DNA of 64,000 nucleotides from Podospora anserina (lineage: Eukaryota), in the NCBI GenBank assembly GCA_017654855.1, contig CM030337.1, forward strand, positions 2,232,001-2,296,000, in the 5' to 3' direction. The position numbers were made by a program, and so were the translations under genes. The notes beneath the pieces were generated by a model. The model saw only the letters and a program-made list of their open reading frames with translations. It was not told where the DNA came from and made no database searches. Within the stretch, counting starts at the first letter, position 1; each line of letters starts with the position of its first letter. Shown one piece after another: positions 9,972 through 22,249 of the stretch.

Positions 9972-11288
9972 ATGGCCGACCAGAAACCACCTGTTGCCTT
10001 CATCGGGCTCGGAGCCATGGGCTTCGGCATGGCCACCCACCTCATCAAGCAAGGCTACCCAGTTACCGGATTTGATGTCTGGGCCCCAACTCTCAAACGG
10101 TTCGAGGAAGCAGGCGGCTCAACCGCCACAACACCAGCAGAAGCCGTCCTCAACAAGGAGCATGTCGTCGTAATGGTGGCCACCGCCCAGCAAGCCCAGA
10201 CTGTTCTGCTGGATGGCCCCAATGCTGCCGTCCCGAAGCTTCCCCAAGGAGCCGTGGTCCTTCTCTGCTCCACCGTCCCCTGTGACTACGTCCAGGCTCT
10301 CCAAGTCCAGCTCAACAGCATCGGCCGCAGTGACATCTTGCTGATCGACAGCCCAGTCTCCGGCGGAGCCGCCAGAGCAGCAGATGGCACTCTTTCCATC
10401 ATGGCAGGCATGTCTGCTGCTGCGTTGGAGAAAGGACGCCCGTTGCTCGCTGAGCTGTCAGATCCAGCAAAACTGTACATTGTCGAGGGTGGCATCGGTG
10501 CTGGCAGCAACATGAAGATGGTTCACCAAGTTCTCGCGGCAAACCAAATCCTGGGAGCAAGTGAGGTGATGGGTTTCGCTGAGAGACTAGGCCTAGATCT
10601 GGCCAAGGCTCAAAAAGCAGTGCTGGAGTCTGATGCTTGGAATTTCATGTTCGAGCACCGAACACCCAGAATATTCACCGAGTTCCAGCCTGTTGCCAGT
10701 GCGGTTCAGATTATCGTCAAGGATACCAGCATCATCACCTCAGAAGGGCGAAGAAGTTCTTTTGCCACGCCGATGACAAGCGCAGCGGAGCAGATCTACT
10801 TCACTGCTGTTGGGAGAGGGTGGGCGATGGACGACGATAGCAGTCTCGTGAGACTCTATACCGAAGGAAACGGAAAGGTTGGGCCAGTTTATGGCACTGC
10901 TGAGTCAGAGGAGGATAAGACGGCTTTGGTGTTGGCTTTGATGAGAGGTATCCTGCTTTGTGCTGCTGCAGAGTCTCTTGCTTTTGCGCACACTGTGAGT
11001 CTGGATTTGGATCAGGTCTTGGATCTTTGTGTCAACGCTGCTGGTGGTAGCAAAGTGCTGGAGAAGCTTGGGCCTGCCATTATCAAGGAGCTCGGGGGTG
11101 CCGGCGATGCTTCAAGTGGCGAGTCGAGCCTTGAGGATGTCTTTAGCGGACTGAGTGCGGCGGTCGAGGAGGCACAGAGGATAAAGACTCCGTTGTATCT
11201 TGGGACCCAGGCGTTGAGTATTCTCCAACGTGTGACACAATCCAAAGGGACAGGCTCTGCTGGTGTTGTCGTCAAGGCGTGGGTTTGA
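9972..11288 (+). CDS. 3-hydroxyisobutyrate/6-PGDH-family NAD(P)-dependent dehydrogenase, L-threonate dehydrogenase (LtnD/YgbJ)-like, with a duplicated C-terminal helical domain
   Basis: Motifs FIGLGAMGFGMA, DSPVSGGAARAADGTLSIM, GSNMKMVHQVLA, FMFEHR and SAVQIIVKD. A second AAAESLAFA...LDLDQV helical repeat follows. Kozak-like CACCATG at 9972. Confidence 0.88.
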   Translation: MADQKPPVAFIGLGAMGFGMATHLIKQGYPVTGFDVWAPTLKRFEEAGGSTATTPAEAVLNKEHVVVMVATAQQAQTVLLDGPNAAVPKLPQGAVVLLCSTVPCDYVQALQVQLNSIGRSDILLIDSPVSGGAARAADGTLSIMAGMSAAALEKGRPLLAELSDPAKLYIVEGGIGAGSNMKMVHQVLAANQILGASEVMGFAERLGLDLAKAQKAVLESDAWNFMFEHRTPRIFTEFQPVASAVQIIVKDTSIITSEGRRSSFATPMTSAAEQIYFTAVGRGWAMDDDSSLVRLYTEGNGKVGPVYGTAESEEDKTALVLALMRGILLCAAAESLAFAHTVSLDLDQVLDLCVNAAGGSKVLEKLGPAIIKELGGAGDASSGESSLEDVFSGLSAAVEEAQRIKTPLYLGTQALSILQRVTQSKGTGSAGVVVKAWV

Positions 11289-11579
11289 GATATTGATAGA
11301 GGTAGATAGGTATCTTTTAATGTTTGTCCTTGTTTTTGGGTATGCGTCTAGGGTGTCGTTTGCAGATAGAGATTAAAAATGTCACCGAATTTGCTGGATA
11401 CTATTCCGCCAGAAGGCTACTCACCCCACCAACAAAACAAACCCGCCTGCCCCACTTTATACTGCTCAATTCCAATCCCTGCTCCTAGTCGCGTCTTCTC
11501 ATCGCAACACGCGTCTCATGATCAAATATCACCCAGAGCATCATCAACCCCAGTCGAACAACCTCACCAACTACCCAAA

Positions 11580-12670
11580 ATGGAGGAGGCAATGAAACAG
11601 CACTTTTTCCACCACGGAAAACCAGACGTAAGCTCACGTTATCCCCTCAATCTCTCACATCATGTCCCTCTCATTGACCACTTCCCCAGACCGACCCCTC
11701 AGAAGCCGAAAAATGCCACTGGTGCCAGATTCGTAGTTTCAAAACCCACAAGAAACTTCCCATCACCATCGTCAACGAAGCCAAAGGAGACGAACGCAAG
11801 GAAGTCCTAAATCCAGACTTCAAATTCATCGACCACTCAATCCCAAGCGACGACGTCCCCATCGCCGGGGCCTCCTTCCGCACCGGCTGCAATTGCGCAG
11901 ACGACGAGCAGTGCATGTACTCAACATGCGAATGCCTCGACGAAATGGCCCCCGACTCCGACGAGGACATGTCCGACGCCCCCCCAGCTCGTGGCCGCAG
12001 GATACAAAAGTTCCAGTACTACCACTCCGGCACCAAAGCCGGCTTGCTCAAGTCTAGAATCCTCGACAGCCGTGAGCCAATCTACGAGTGTCACGATGGC
12101 TGCAGTTGCAGTAAAAACTGTCCGAACCGGGTGGTGGAACGAGGCAGGACGGTGCCGTTGCAGATCTTCCGGACAAAGAATAGAGGATGGGGGGTCAAGT
12201 GTCCGGTGGATATCAAGAAGGGGCAGTTTGTGGATAAGTACTTGGGGGAGATCATCACCAGCGAGGAGGCCAACCGCCGGCGAGCTGAGTCGACCGTCTC
12301 GGATAAGAAGGACGTTTATTTGTTTGCTTTGGACAAATTTTCTGACCCGGATTCACCTGACCCGTTGTTGAGGGCGCCGCCGTTCGAGGTGGATGGGGAG
12401 TGGATGAGTGGGCCGACGAGGTTTATCAACCACAGTTGCGACCCAAATATGCGGATTTTTGCTAGGGTGGGGGATGCGGTGGATAAGCATGTTCACGATT
12501 TGGCGCTGTTTGCCATCAGAGATATACCGGCGGGAGAGGAGTTGACGTTTGACTATGTGGATGGCGGGTTGGCGGAGGAGGACGCCGGGGGATTGGTACC
12601 GGATGACAAGAAGAAGGATATGACGAAGTGTTTGTGTGGGACGAAGAAGTGTAGGGGGTTCTTATGGTGA
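11580..12670 (+). CDS. dim-5: Histone H3K9 methyltransferase DIM-5/KMT1
   Basis: Exon 1 MEEAMKQHFFHHGKPD, intron 11628-11689, pre-SET Cys clusters, SET motifs RFINHSCDPN and ELTFDY, post-SET CLCGTKKCRGFLW; collinear with recalled Neurospora DIM-5. Confidence 0.97.
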
Positions 12671-13480
12671 GTGGATGAACAAGAGAAACAAACGAACAAA
12701 ACTGCTGGCTTGACAGGGCAATGATGCCGAAGCCTTCATATCATGATACGGAGTGGTGTACCTAATGACCAGCGTGCTGCTGGGGCTGCATGTGGCTGCT
12801 TGCTTGAGAATGCGGGGTGCTCCCCTGAAAAGATCGATCTCGTGGGGCCGCCGTCTCGTCCCGTCATGGATCATGGATGGTAGTGACACAAATCGGATTC
12901 CATCAAAGTTTGGATGTCCTGATTACGTATCATGAGTGCTCTGGACCGCATGGCAAGATTAGTAGCCTTGAGGCAATAGTGAACTGATAAGAGCATTGTA
13001 GAACCTATCACAATCTGTTGTCCTCGTCACCTTAAAACCTGGTTGATGTGATGCTCTGAGCAATGCTTGTGGAATTGGTTGTCCAATCAGGACCTAGCTT
13101 CCGATGAACAGCGATTTGCTGTTGATGTTCCGGATCCGTGCGCGTGCAGCTGTTCCAAAGTCGTCATGGCCTCGTGTCGACGGAAACACTGTTTTGGACA
13201 CGAATGCAAGACATGAGTCTATCTGGGGCATTGCTGCTTTCCGGAGCGTTGGAGTCTTGTTGTTGTGAGGTCTGAAATGGTGGAATATTCCGTGTCTTGT
13301 CATCGGCTGACAGGGAAAGGCGGTGCTCCGAGTCTGGGCTCGCCGCTAAGGTTCTAGCCCCGCAAAGCTAGGTCCACTGCGTGCAACCGAGTGGACCGTG
13401 CATCAGGCCGGAGATCGCTGATCTCAGTGGGGCCTTCCAGTTGGCTGGCAGTGACTGACTGGTGTGAGCTCACCACGATA

Positions 13481-13503
13481 ACACACACACACACACACAC
13501 ACA
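13481..13503. repeat. (AC)n microsatellite
   Basis: Run of about 11 AC units. Confidence 0.9.
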
Positions 13504-13923
13504 TCTGGGACCTTTCTTGACCGCATTAGGTCTTCATGCTCCCCATACTGTTGTTGTACATCGACTGGCTGCCCAGGACCTTGGCTTATGCTCCATGAGG
13601 AGGCTGGCAGTTGAGCATCTGTGATCCTACTTCTCTCCACCTCCCACCTCGGGGTCTACCTAGCCTTTCTCTTTTGCCTCAGCGATACCACGAGCCAATG
13701 TCGGCAGCCCATCGCATCGCAACAGCACACACTCATTTCTTCAGCCTTCTCTCTGCTTATTTTCTTAGCAAAGAGCTGACTCTTCGTTTCGGACGCCCAC
13801 TTTCGCTTTTCCCTCCTCGTCGTCATGAACTAGATATTCAAGCGGCTGGATCGAGCGGCCCACGAGTTGCGAAATCGAGTGCAGCGGAAACCCCCGCGCC
13901 GCCAGCAGCAGCAATCAGATACA

Positions 13924-15107
13924 ATGGTATGTGTTGGAGGAAGTTTGTGCTACTGACTTGCCCGTTTAATCCCCTTGTCTCATCAATTGTCCGAGCCGTG
14001 TTTGTTCTCTTTATTGCAACTGCAACTGCCAGACGGCCACCTGCTTGCTTTCACATGCCTGCTGATGTTGACCATACAACTAATGCGCAATAGGGTTGCT
14101 GTCTTTCCCGAGAGGGCGAATCGGGCTCGCCCTACACAACTGGCGGCGGCGCATCTAGTTCCGCGCGAGCAATCAATGAACAGCCCCAAACAACCCGAGC
14201 TCACGTCCACGGTGGACATGATGGGCACGCCTCTGGATCGCGCCGGCGGCATAGACACAGTCAGCAGCCTCTCGACCAACATATCAACAAGCCTTTACGA
14301 CTGCACGAGTGGACCAGCTACAATCGGACGTGGACCTCCAGGGAGCTGCGACAGGAGAGGATAGAGTTCTTCGATACTCGGGTGACTGGGCGACAGGAAA
14401 TCTGGCAAACGCTACACGCTGTGCTGGAGGTTTTGTGGACATCCGCAGAGGCTGTGCGCAATGGGCAGGTTGGGAGGAGAAGTGAAGATGATGGGCCTAG
14501 CGAAGAGGACCCGGCGATAGCACTGGCGACAGCCCAGAGCATTCTCGATGCTGCCGACATCACACTGCCGACAGGAGACTTGTACAATGGGGCCTACGAT
14601 GCGTTTGGAAACTACTACCAACTACCACATCACATCGTGACGGATCCGACGAATTTGGAATGGCGGCCAGGCTGGGAACATGAGGATTTGGATGACACCA
14701 AGGCAGACTTGACTGCCGGGGAGGAGACCACCGAGGAACGGGACGACATCGAAGACGAGGCCGAGAGGAGGCGTGAGGAAAAGGGCAAGGGGGTGGTTGA
14801 TGTTAAGGATCTCATCGCCATCAGAGCCAGGCTCAGTGATGGATCGAAAGATGTCAACGTCTCAGTTGGCAAGGGAGACTCTGTCAGAAGTCTGGCTAGA
14901 CAGATCGCAGAGGATGCAAATGTGAGCCAACATCTTTTACCACGGATTTAACCCACCAGACTCCCGCATACTAACAACAAACAGCTACCTCCCAGCAAGA
15001 AGATTCGCATCGCCTACATGGGCAGGGTTCTGAAGGAGAGTACGCCTCTGCTCGAGCAGGGCTACAAGCAGGGTCATGTTGTCAATGCTTTAGTGTTCAA
15101 CCGGTAG
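13924..15107 (+). CDS. Ubiquitin-domain-containing protein (UBTD/DC-UbP family)
   Basis: ATG-only exon, intron 13927-14093, then MGCCLSR..., ERIEFFDTRVTGRQEIW and DITLPTGDLYNGAYDAFGNYYQLP. Intron 14922-14984 precedes the C-terminal ubiquitin-like KIRIAYMGRVLKE...VNALVFNR*. Confidence 0.88.
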
Positions 15108-16473
15108 GACCGCTGTTCACCGGCGGACGACCAGACACCCCATCATTTGTTTTCCTCAGGCTCAGAGGTCACCTTACCTGTTCCGTTTACCGCTAATAGT
15201 CGGTACACTGAACCACTGCCGATCTCTGATTCGTCGCTCCGTCCAAACTGGAATAATCGGAGACGCACACGCACATCTTCGGCCATTCATGCTTTGCGTG
15301 ACCGCCTTCAGCGGTTCCAGGAGCGCCGCCAGGAACGTCTTGCCCGTTTGACCGAGGATATTCTGGATGACAGCCGGGCACCTCTGCTGTATACTGACGC
15401 GTCTGCATCTGGTAGAGTCGAGGTGTGGAATCCGTATGCTGGGCTGCTTCCTTATCACGTTGTGCTCTGCCCGACGTGATTTTGATGGGGAAACAAACCA
15501 TTGGCGCCGACATTTCAGCTTGTTTCAAGTCGCTGTAACATTAACGCTCCCATTTTCACCCTAATTCCGACGACCACACGCAAACCGACACTCGATCACA
15601 GAACGTTTCAGCCCGCACCCAACGCACCATTACAGCACCATTGACCGCCACACCACTTGCCGTCTTGTCACTAGTCTTATACCCCCCGAAGTTGAAGAGT
15701 AGCAGCATGAAACAGGGTGGAAAGCGCGTCAAAGTTTAAGTTTTTTTTTCTTTTTTTTTCCAGGAAAGGGGAGGTAGGAAGTGGGCAGTGGGGGAGGTAG
15801 CAAAGCGCAGGTTCTCTTAATTATTTCCATACCAGGAGCCTCGTTTTTCTTTCATTCTTCTCTTGTTGACTGAGTGTATGAAGGTGGGAAAGTTTGGCTT
15901 CATGTTTTCATGGGACTACCTACTCAACCCAGTCACTGTTTGTTTGATTCATTCTCGAAACGGCGTTTCGCATGGGGCGGGTAGGGTGCATCAGGGTTCG
16001 GGTCGGGTCGGGTCGGGGGGGATGGAAAGATAGTTTTTATTTATCTAGCGGAATACCCAAGTATGATATTGTTTTTTTTTTTTGTTTTTTTGTTTTCTTT
16101 CCTCAAATGGCTCCCTACCTTGCCCTACGGGGGTGTTTTATCGTGATGATAAGCCAAAGTGAAATGGAATGATAACAGAGTGAAAAGGTTTGATAGAGTC
16201 ACAAGATGATCTCACATCTTCATATCACCACATCAGAAAACCCAACAAGATAAAAACCACACCCTCTCTATTTTCCCCAACCCCTATCCCGTCCGACTGA
16301 CTGACTGATTGCTAACCCCTACCTAGACAAACAAACCCAACAAAGTACCTTTTTGCAAAGCGCTTCAACAAGCTGAACAAACAAACAAACAAACAAGCAA
16401 ACTGTTCATTACAGCCTTTTATCTCTCACTTCAAAAAATCCCCATTCCTGCTCTAATACTATCATTTCCACCC

Positions 16474-19406
16474 TTACGCAGCACTCCCAATCTTATTCAA
16501 CCCCTTCAAACTCCCCAAACTCAACGCCAGCCCCTGCGACCTACTTCGTATCCTCAAAAATCCCGTAATCGGCCCATCCTCACCCTCCTTCTCAATGCTC
16601 AAGTTGGCCAGGGCATCCTCACCTAATTTCCCCCATCGTCAGCATCATCATCTCACCCATGATCAAGAAACAAAAACTTACCAAACACACTCCTAGCATA
16701 CAAATTCGCGCTCAAAAACTGGCAATCCCCCTTCAAGCTCGCCTCGGGCGTCAGGCAGTTCATATTCGTGCACGCCATCAGCTGGTCCAAAAAGTCCCTC
16801 AGCGTCTTGGCCTTGCTGTTGATGTTGACCTTGTTCTCCCACTCAAACTCGGTCCACATGGTCCTGAACTGCGTCTCGCTGCACGTGGCAGGCTGGATGT
16901 AGTCCATAATGTCAACGTGCAGGTCATTCAGAATAACGACGTTCGTGTCGGTGGAGTGGGCGCCCTCGTAGACAACATTGCCGAAAATGACACCCGTGTC
17001 GGTGGACGAGACCTTGATGGTGCACTGCACGTTGTGGAAGTCGTGGGGGCCGAGGGACTGGCTTGTTGGTCTCTCAACCACCTTGAGGTCACCGAGAGTG
17101 GCAAACTCAACCGAGAGGTTCTGGAGCGTGTCGGTTGTCTGGTTGACGAGGAGGACGTCAAGAATGATGTCGAATTGGTGCACCTTGACATAGGCTTCCG
17201 CGTAGACAGGGTCGGAAAAACCGGTGAGCTGAACCACACGGCTGAGCTTCCCCGACAAATCCTCGCCCGCACCGCTGTCACCGCCAGCGGCGCGCTCAAG
17301 GTCAAGCTCAACTGTGTCCTCGCCACCGCCGGTGTTCTTCTTGGAGAGCTGACGGATAGAAACCACATCGTCAACCTGAATGGCCGACTTGGCCTTCTCG
17401 TGAGCAGCCTTGGCCTCGCGCTTCTTCTCCTCGACTTGGACCATGGCGCGGAAGGCCTTGCGGGTGTCCTCGAGGTAGACAGTTTCGAGCTCCTTGTGCT
17501 GCTTGAACTCGGCAAGCGAGCGCACACAGCTCATGATGCGGTCAACCGAGTCCTCATCAATGGGAGCCTTGACGAATTGGGATTGACCAACACGGATGAC
17601 GGAAATCATGATAAGCATAGCCTCTGCCTTGAGGGCATTGGTGCGAGACTCGGCCGAGCCAACTTCCGAGTAGCGCATGACCAACTTTGTGAGAGTCGAG
17701 GCAAGGACGCTGGCGAGATAGTAATCGCCATCGAGAATGAGCTGGCGAAGAGGTGGTTTTTGAGAGGCCTTGACAGCTTCGAGCTTGGCAGCAGCGGCAG
17801 ACTGGCTGGTAAGGGCAGTCTCAGTCGCATATGTGCCATCAGCGTTAACCTTGCGCGAAGTGGCGGCCGGCTTGGGGTGTCCATTGGTCTGCTCCTGTTC
17901 CTTGTTCTCCTCCTCGCTGTGCATGTTATCCAGCAACCGTTGCTCGGAAGCCAAGATGGGGATTTCACCCAAGCTAGCCCTGATGCCTTTCCAGGCATCA
18001 CGGATATCCTTCTCCTCAAGAGAGTACTCGCCAATGATCCACAGAATGCCCCGGTATACCTTGCCGGCACGGACCTCCTTCAGGGTGTCGACTAGCCTGG
18101 ACACAATGGTTGGGCGCAGCGCTGGGAATTTCTCCACGACCTCCTTGACAAAGTTGATGACATCGACGGCGGAGGCATTGTTGAAGTCGGCAATAAACTC
18201 CATCAAAAGCTCCACAACGCTGGCGGCCACCTCGGAGAACTTGACGGCGCACTGGTGAATAGAGTGGATAAGCAGTTGGCGATACTCGCTGTTCTTCTCG
18301 TATTCTTGGTCGACAGTCTTGGACAGCTCCTTCTTGAGGAGCAGGACAACCTCCTCAACATTCTTGCTGGAAACCATCTCCAGCGCAATCTCGAGGGCCT
18401 TCTTGCGCACATCAATATCCGGGCTGGAAAGAACGCGCAAAATCTCCATGATCAAGTCGTCCAAGATGCCCTCGTTTCTTTGGCGGAGCTGGTCGACGCG
18501 ATCCAGCACGATAAGCTTAACATTGTTGTCGGCCTCCTTGATGGCAAGCTCAATGAACTTGCTGGCGGCAGCCTTGACGGCCACAGGGTTGTTGGTAAGG
18601 GCCGTCAACGAAGAAGCAGCTTCGTAGACGACGGTGGATGTGTTGGACTCCAGCAGGTCAAAGATCAGGTGCAGATATTTGGTCTTGTTCTGAGAGTTCT
18701 GGATGGCGTCCTTCCTGATGAACTCGAGCTCAACCAACTGCAGGAGCTCCTCTGCGTTCGGGATGCCATCAAAGACAGAGCTAAGGTACGCCAGCGCCTT
18801 GCCGTGGTCGATGCTGGCAAGCGCAGCAAAACCGTTCCTCTTGCATGTGGGATCGCTCTCGCCTTCCAGGAATGTGGCAATGAGGTCTGCGGCATCGGGG
18901 ATCAGGGAGGGCGAGTGTTGGAAGATGGATGCGACGGCAAAGACGGCGTTCTTTCGTACGTAGGCATGGCGATGTTCGAGGCATGATCGGGCTGAGGAGA
19001 GGAGGGGCTCGAGAAGCTCTGGTTCGCGAAGTTTGCAGAGGAAACGTAATGTGTTACCGCGGATGTACTCGTTCGGGTGTTGCAAGTCGTTCCGGATACC
19101 GTTGCATACTAGAATGTACTCCTGCTTCAGCTTGCCTTGGGCGTCAAGCTTCGGGCAGATCTCGTAGTAGAAATAGAGGAGCTTCTTTAGAGGCTTCGAC
19201 TTGGACGGCATGACGAATCGGATGATGTGCATGAGCAATTGCGGCATAGGATCGCCATTGAGCATGATGGTCAAGATGCGCCTCATGGTATCGAGCTTGG
19301 ACTCATCGGTGCCCTTCTCGAGCTGTGTCTTGAGCTCCTGCAATGTCGGTGTGCCATCGATGGAATTGTCCTTCACTAACGTGTACGCATTTTCGAGAAA
19401 GGACAT
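16474..19406 (-). CDS. sec26: Coatomer subunit beta (beta-COP)
   Basis: Motifs [36 protein letters not shown] and [14 protein letters not shown]. Intron 16681-16623, final exon [11 protein letters not shown]...[14 protein letters not shown]. Confidence 0.97.
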
Positions 19407-20079
19407 GATGGGCGAACGGGGGCGGCAACGTGCCGTGGAAAACTCGGGAGAGTGTTGGATAGGTGGTTGTGTTTGCGAGTTAGGGTGGAATTATTGGTGT
19501 TGACCCCGTATGGGTAGTAATTATTGCTGAGGGGTGGAAAAGATAGGGGAGTTGTTTCGTGTCTCCTGAGCTCCTGCAGAATAACAGCCCAGTAACAAAC
19601 AAGTTGTTTGCCTAATACCGGCCTGTGCAAGTAGCCCCTGACGCCAAATGCTCGCTCGTAAAGAATTCGTTTGGTGGTTCAGAATGGACCTGCAGAGGCG
19701 AGGTGTCGTCGTGTAGGTGGCCGCTGGGGGTGAAATCGGGCAGCGGAGCTTCACCTTTCTCTGGGCGAATGTGGTCACAGTGGTGAGAGTCGGTCAATAT
19801 CAACGGCGGTGCCTGTCTTGGGAGATGTGGCATTTGGGGGACTGGGTAGCTGGCCTATCGTAGCTCTCAGCCAGCTGGCGCCAAGCGGCAGCCGGGCAGG
19901 GAGTTGCTCAATCACGTGAAGCTGCAACAAGCATTTGGTGGGGTCCCCAATGATGCCCCGCCGGTGCTCTTGTGCAAGTCGCGGCTTCGACGGCCACCAG
20001 GGTTCCCAATTAAAGATTCCCGCGTTGTCGCTGTCGTCAACTGAATCGTTGGAAAGCAAGTCAACACCCACCACCCAAC

Positions 20080-20831
20080 ATGTCTTCCACAAACGAGCCA
20101 TTCTATATTCGCTACTAGTACGGCAAACAGCATTTATTCAACATTTGGTCCTTTTGCTAACCTGGACATAGCTCTGGCCATCAAGGTCGTTTCGGGCACG
20201 AATTCTTGGGTACGTCTTGTCGCAATGATGATTTTCCGAACAGGGAAGACTGATATTTTCTATTTCCCAGAATTCGATTTCCGCGTGGTCGGAGATGGTC
20301 GCAGTGCCACAGCCCGCTATGCAAACAACTCGAACTACAGGAATGATAGCCTCATTCGCAAAGAAAGTACGGCGCATCCCATGACCTAAACCGCAACCCT
20401 GGGACGGACCGACTGACGAGATTGGGACGATAGTGTTTGTGAGCTCACTAGTTGTCGATGAGATCAAGCGCATTGTCAAGTCGAGCGAAATTATGAAGTA
20501 CGCAAACCAAGGCTGGAAGCATTGCATAAACCAGAGGCTGACAGTTACCTAGGGAAGATGACGGAAAGTGGCCTACCAAGAACAAGGACGGAAGGCAAGA
20601 GCTGGAGATTCGGCTTGGAAACGATCACATTTCCTTCGAGGTATGAAGTACCCCATTGGCAGTTTTGATGCCCAGCTAACGGTCCCCCAGACCGCCAAAA
20701 TTGGCTCGATCAACGACGTAACGGATTCTGCCGACCCAGAAGGCTTGCGAGTATTTTACTACCTCGTGCAAGATCTCAAGGCCCTCGTCTTCAGTCTCAT
20801 CGCCCTTCACTTCAAGATTAAACCAATCTGA
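20080..20831 (+). CDS. mago: Mago nashi, exon junction complex subunit (6 exons)
   Basis: Spliced translation [29 protein letters not shown]...[17 protein letters not shown]...GRQELEI...[24 protein letters not shown]; five short GT-AG introns. Confidence 0.96.
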
Positions 20832-22249
20832 TTTATTTACCGCCTGGTATTCGATGAACCTGGGGACGGAGATGGGACACGATGGCCAATTCGAGAGTTG
20901 TGCCTCTTGACGGGAAAACAGGGCAGCCCACAGGGTTGACTACCCTACCAAGCCTGGAATATGGATTTGAGAAAAATGGGTTACGGAGATATAAGGTTGT
21001 CTTGCATCATCAAAAGTAGAGATGTCTGGGAGCTGTCAATGAGGCCGGAGTTGGGTGCGAGCCAATCATGAATTCTTACCGGATGGAAGCTGGAGCTGGG
21101 AGATACCCCAATGAATAATAGAACGCTTACGACTGGCTGTTTGTCCCTTATAGATATCCAGCTCAGCAGCTAATGCTGAAGGCGAATGAAAGAAACCCAA
21201 TCATTCGTGAACAGCTGTGGTGAAATGCGGGTGTGAGCTCAGTCACCGCCACATTCGGTGGTGTCGACGTCCAGATTCGGATGCTGGCAGACCCTGTACA
21301 GACAGGTCTGTCAGACCTACAGATGTCAATAGGATGCACGATCTAGGGTCCGGGTGGGGAGAGGATGTGTCACAGCCATCTATGTCTTGGATACTTTGCC
21401 AACATCGTCTATAAAAGTAGACATACTGGAGCTGGTTGCTCAGTGGCGGGTAGTTTTGAAGGTCTCAGAAGACAATGACAATGGAACTGGGTTTGCCCTT
21501 TGACAAGTAAAAACCGGGGCCACCCTGCCAAGCCAGCCTCCCGCGACGCTCTGCAAGTGAGGTGTGGACAATTCCCTTGAAGACGTCTGTCTAACGTCTA
21601 ACCACCGGGAATTCCATCCGTTCCCTACCTACCTTTCCCAAGGTACCTGTTCCTAGGTCTATCAAGCCCTTGCCTCTCCCATCAGCATCCATCAGTGTTC
21701 TCGAATACTGTTCCCGAACTCTTCCTATCTAGCCCCTCCAAATTCTCAAGGTCTCAACCACAGCGCCCACTCCTTGGCTTGACCCCACGGAATCACAGCA
21801 CCGCGCGCCCGTGCCCTTCCCCGCGAAAGCAGCTCCGTGGCACTGAATTGAAGCTCCACCACTCCGCGATCCGCCCACGAGACCATCGGCAACTGTCATC
21901 CGTCGCCGCTTCAACCCGTTCGTTCACGCCCAACGACCACGGACGGCCCCCGGCCGTTTTGTTCATCGCGCCCGTCGCCGCGACAATCGCAAACTCTCTC
22001 TGGCAGTGTGCCAACACACAGCGCCGCTGGCTGGTGCATCCAGCAAATCCAGAATCTAGATTCTTGGCCTGCCTTTGCCCTGTTAGGCTAGTGCCTAGCC
22101 AAGGGTCCCTTTCCCTCCCAAGCTCGCGCGCCTATCTCCACAACCATAGTGTTCCCCCCGGTTGCGCATCGGCCATCAATACAACATCTCAACCTCCCCG
22201 TCGCCGATACCGTTCCTCTGTCTTTTAAACTCACGTAGCTGACAAGAAC

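Noticed and set aside
11288-11580. Functional link between the sugar cluster and adjacent dim-5
   Set aside because: Adjacency (about 290 bp) is the only evidence.
16659-18986. Long plus-strand ORFs (478 and 243 aa) opposite sec26
   Set aside because: Antisense shadows of a codon-biased gene with no recognisable motifs.
21695-22228. 177-codon ORF upstream of and in frame with gid4
   Set aside because: Non-ATG start, separated by TAA, and low-complexity C-rich leader composition; no support for an N-terminal extension.
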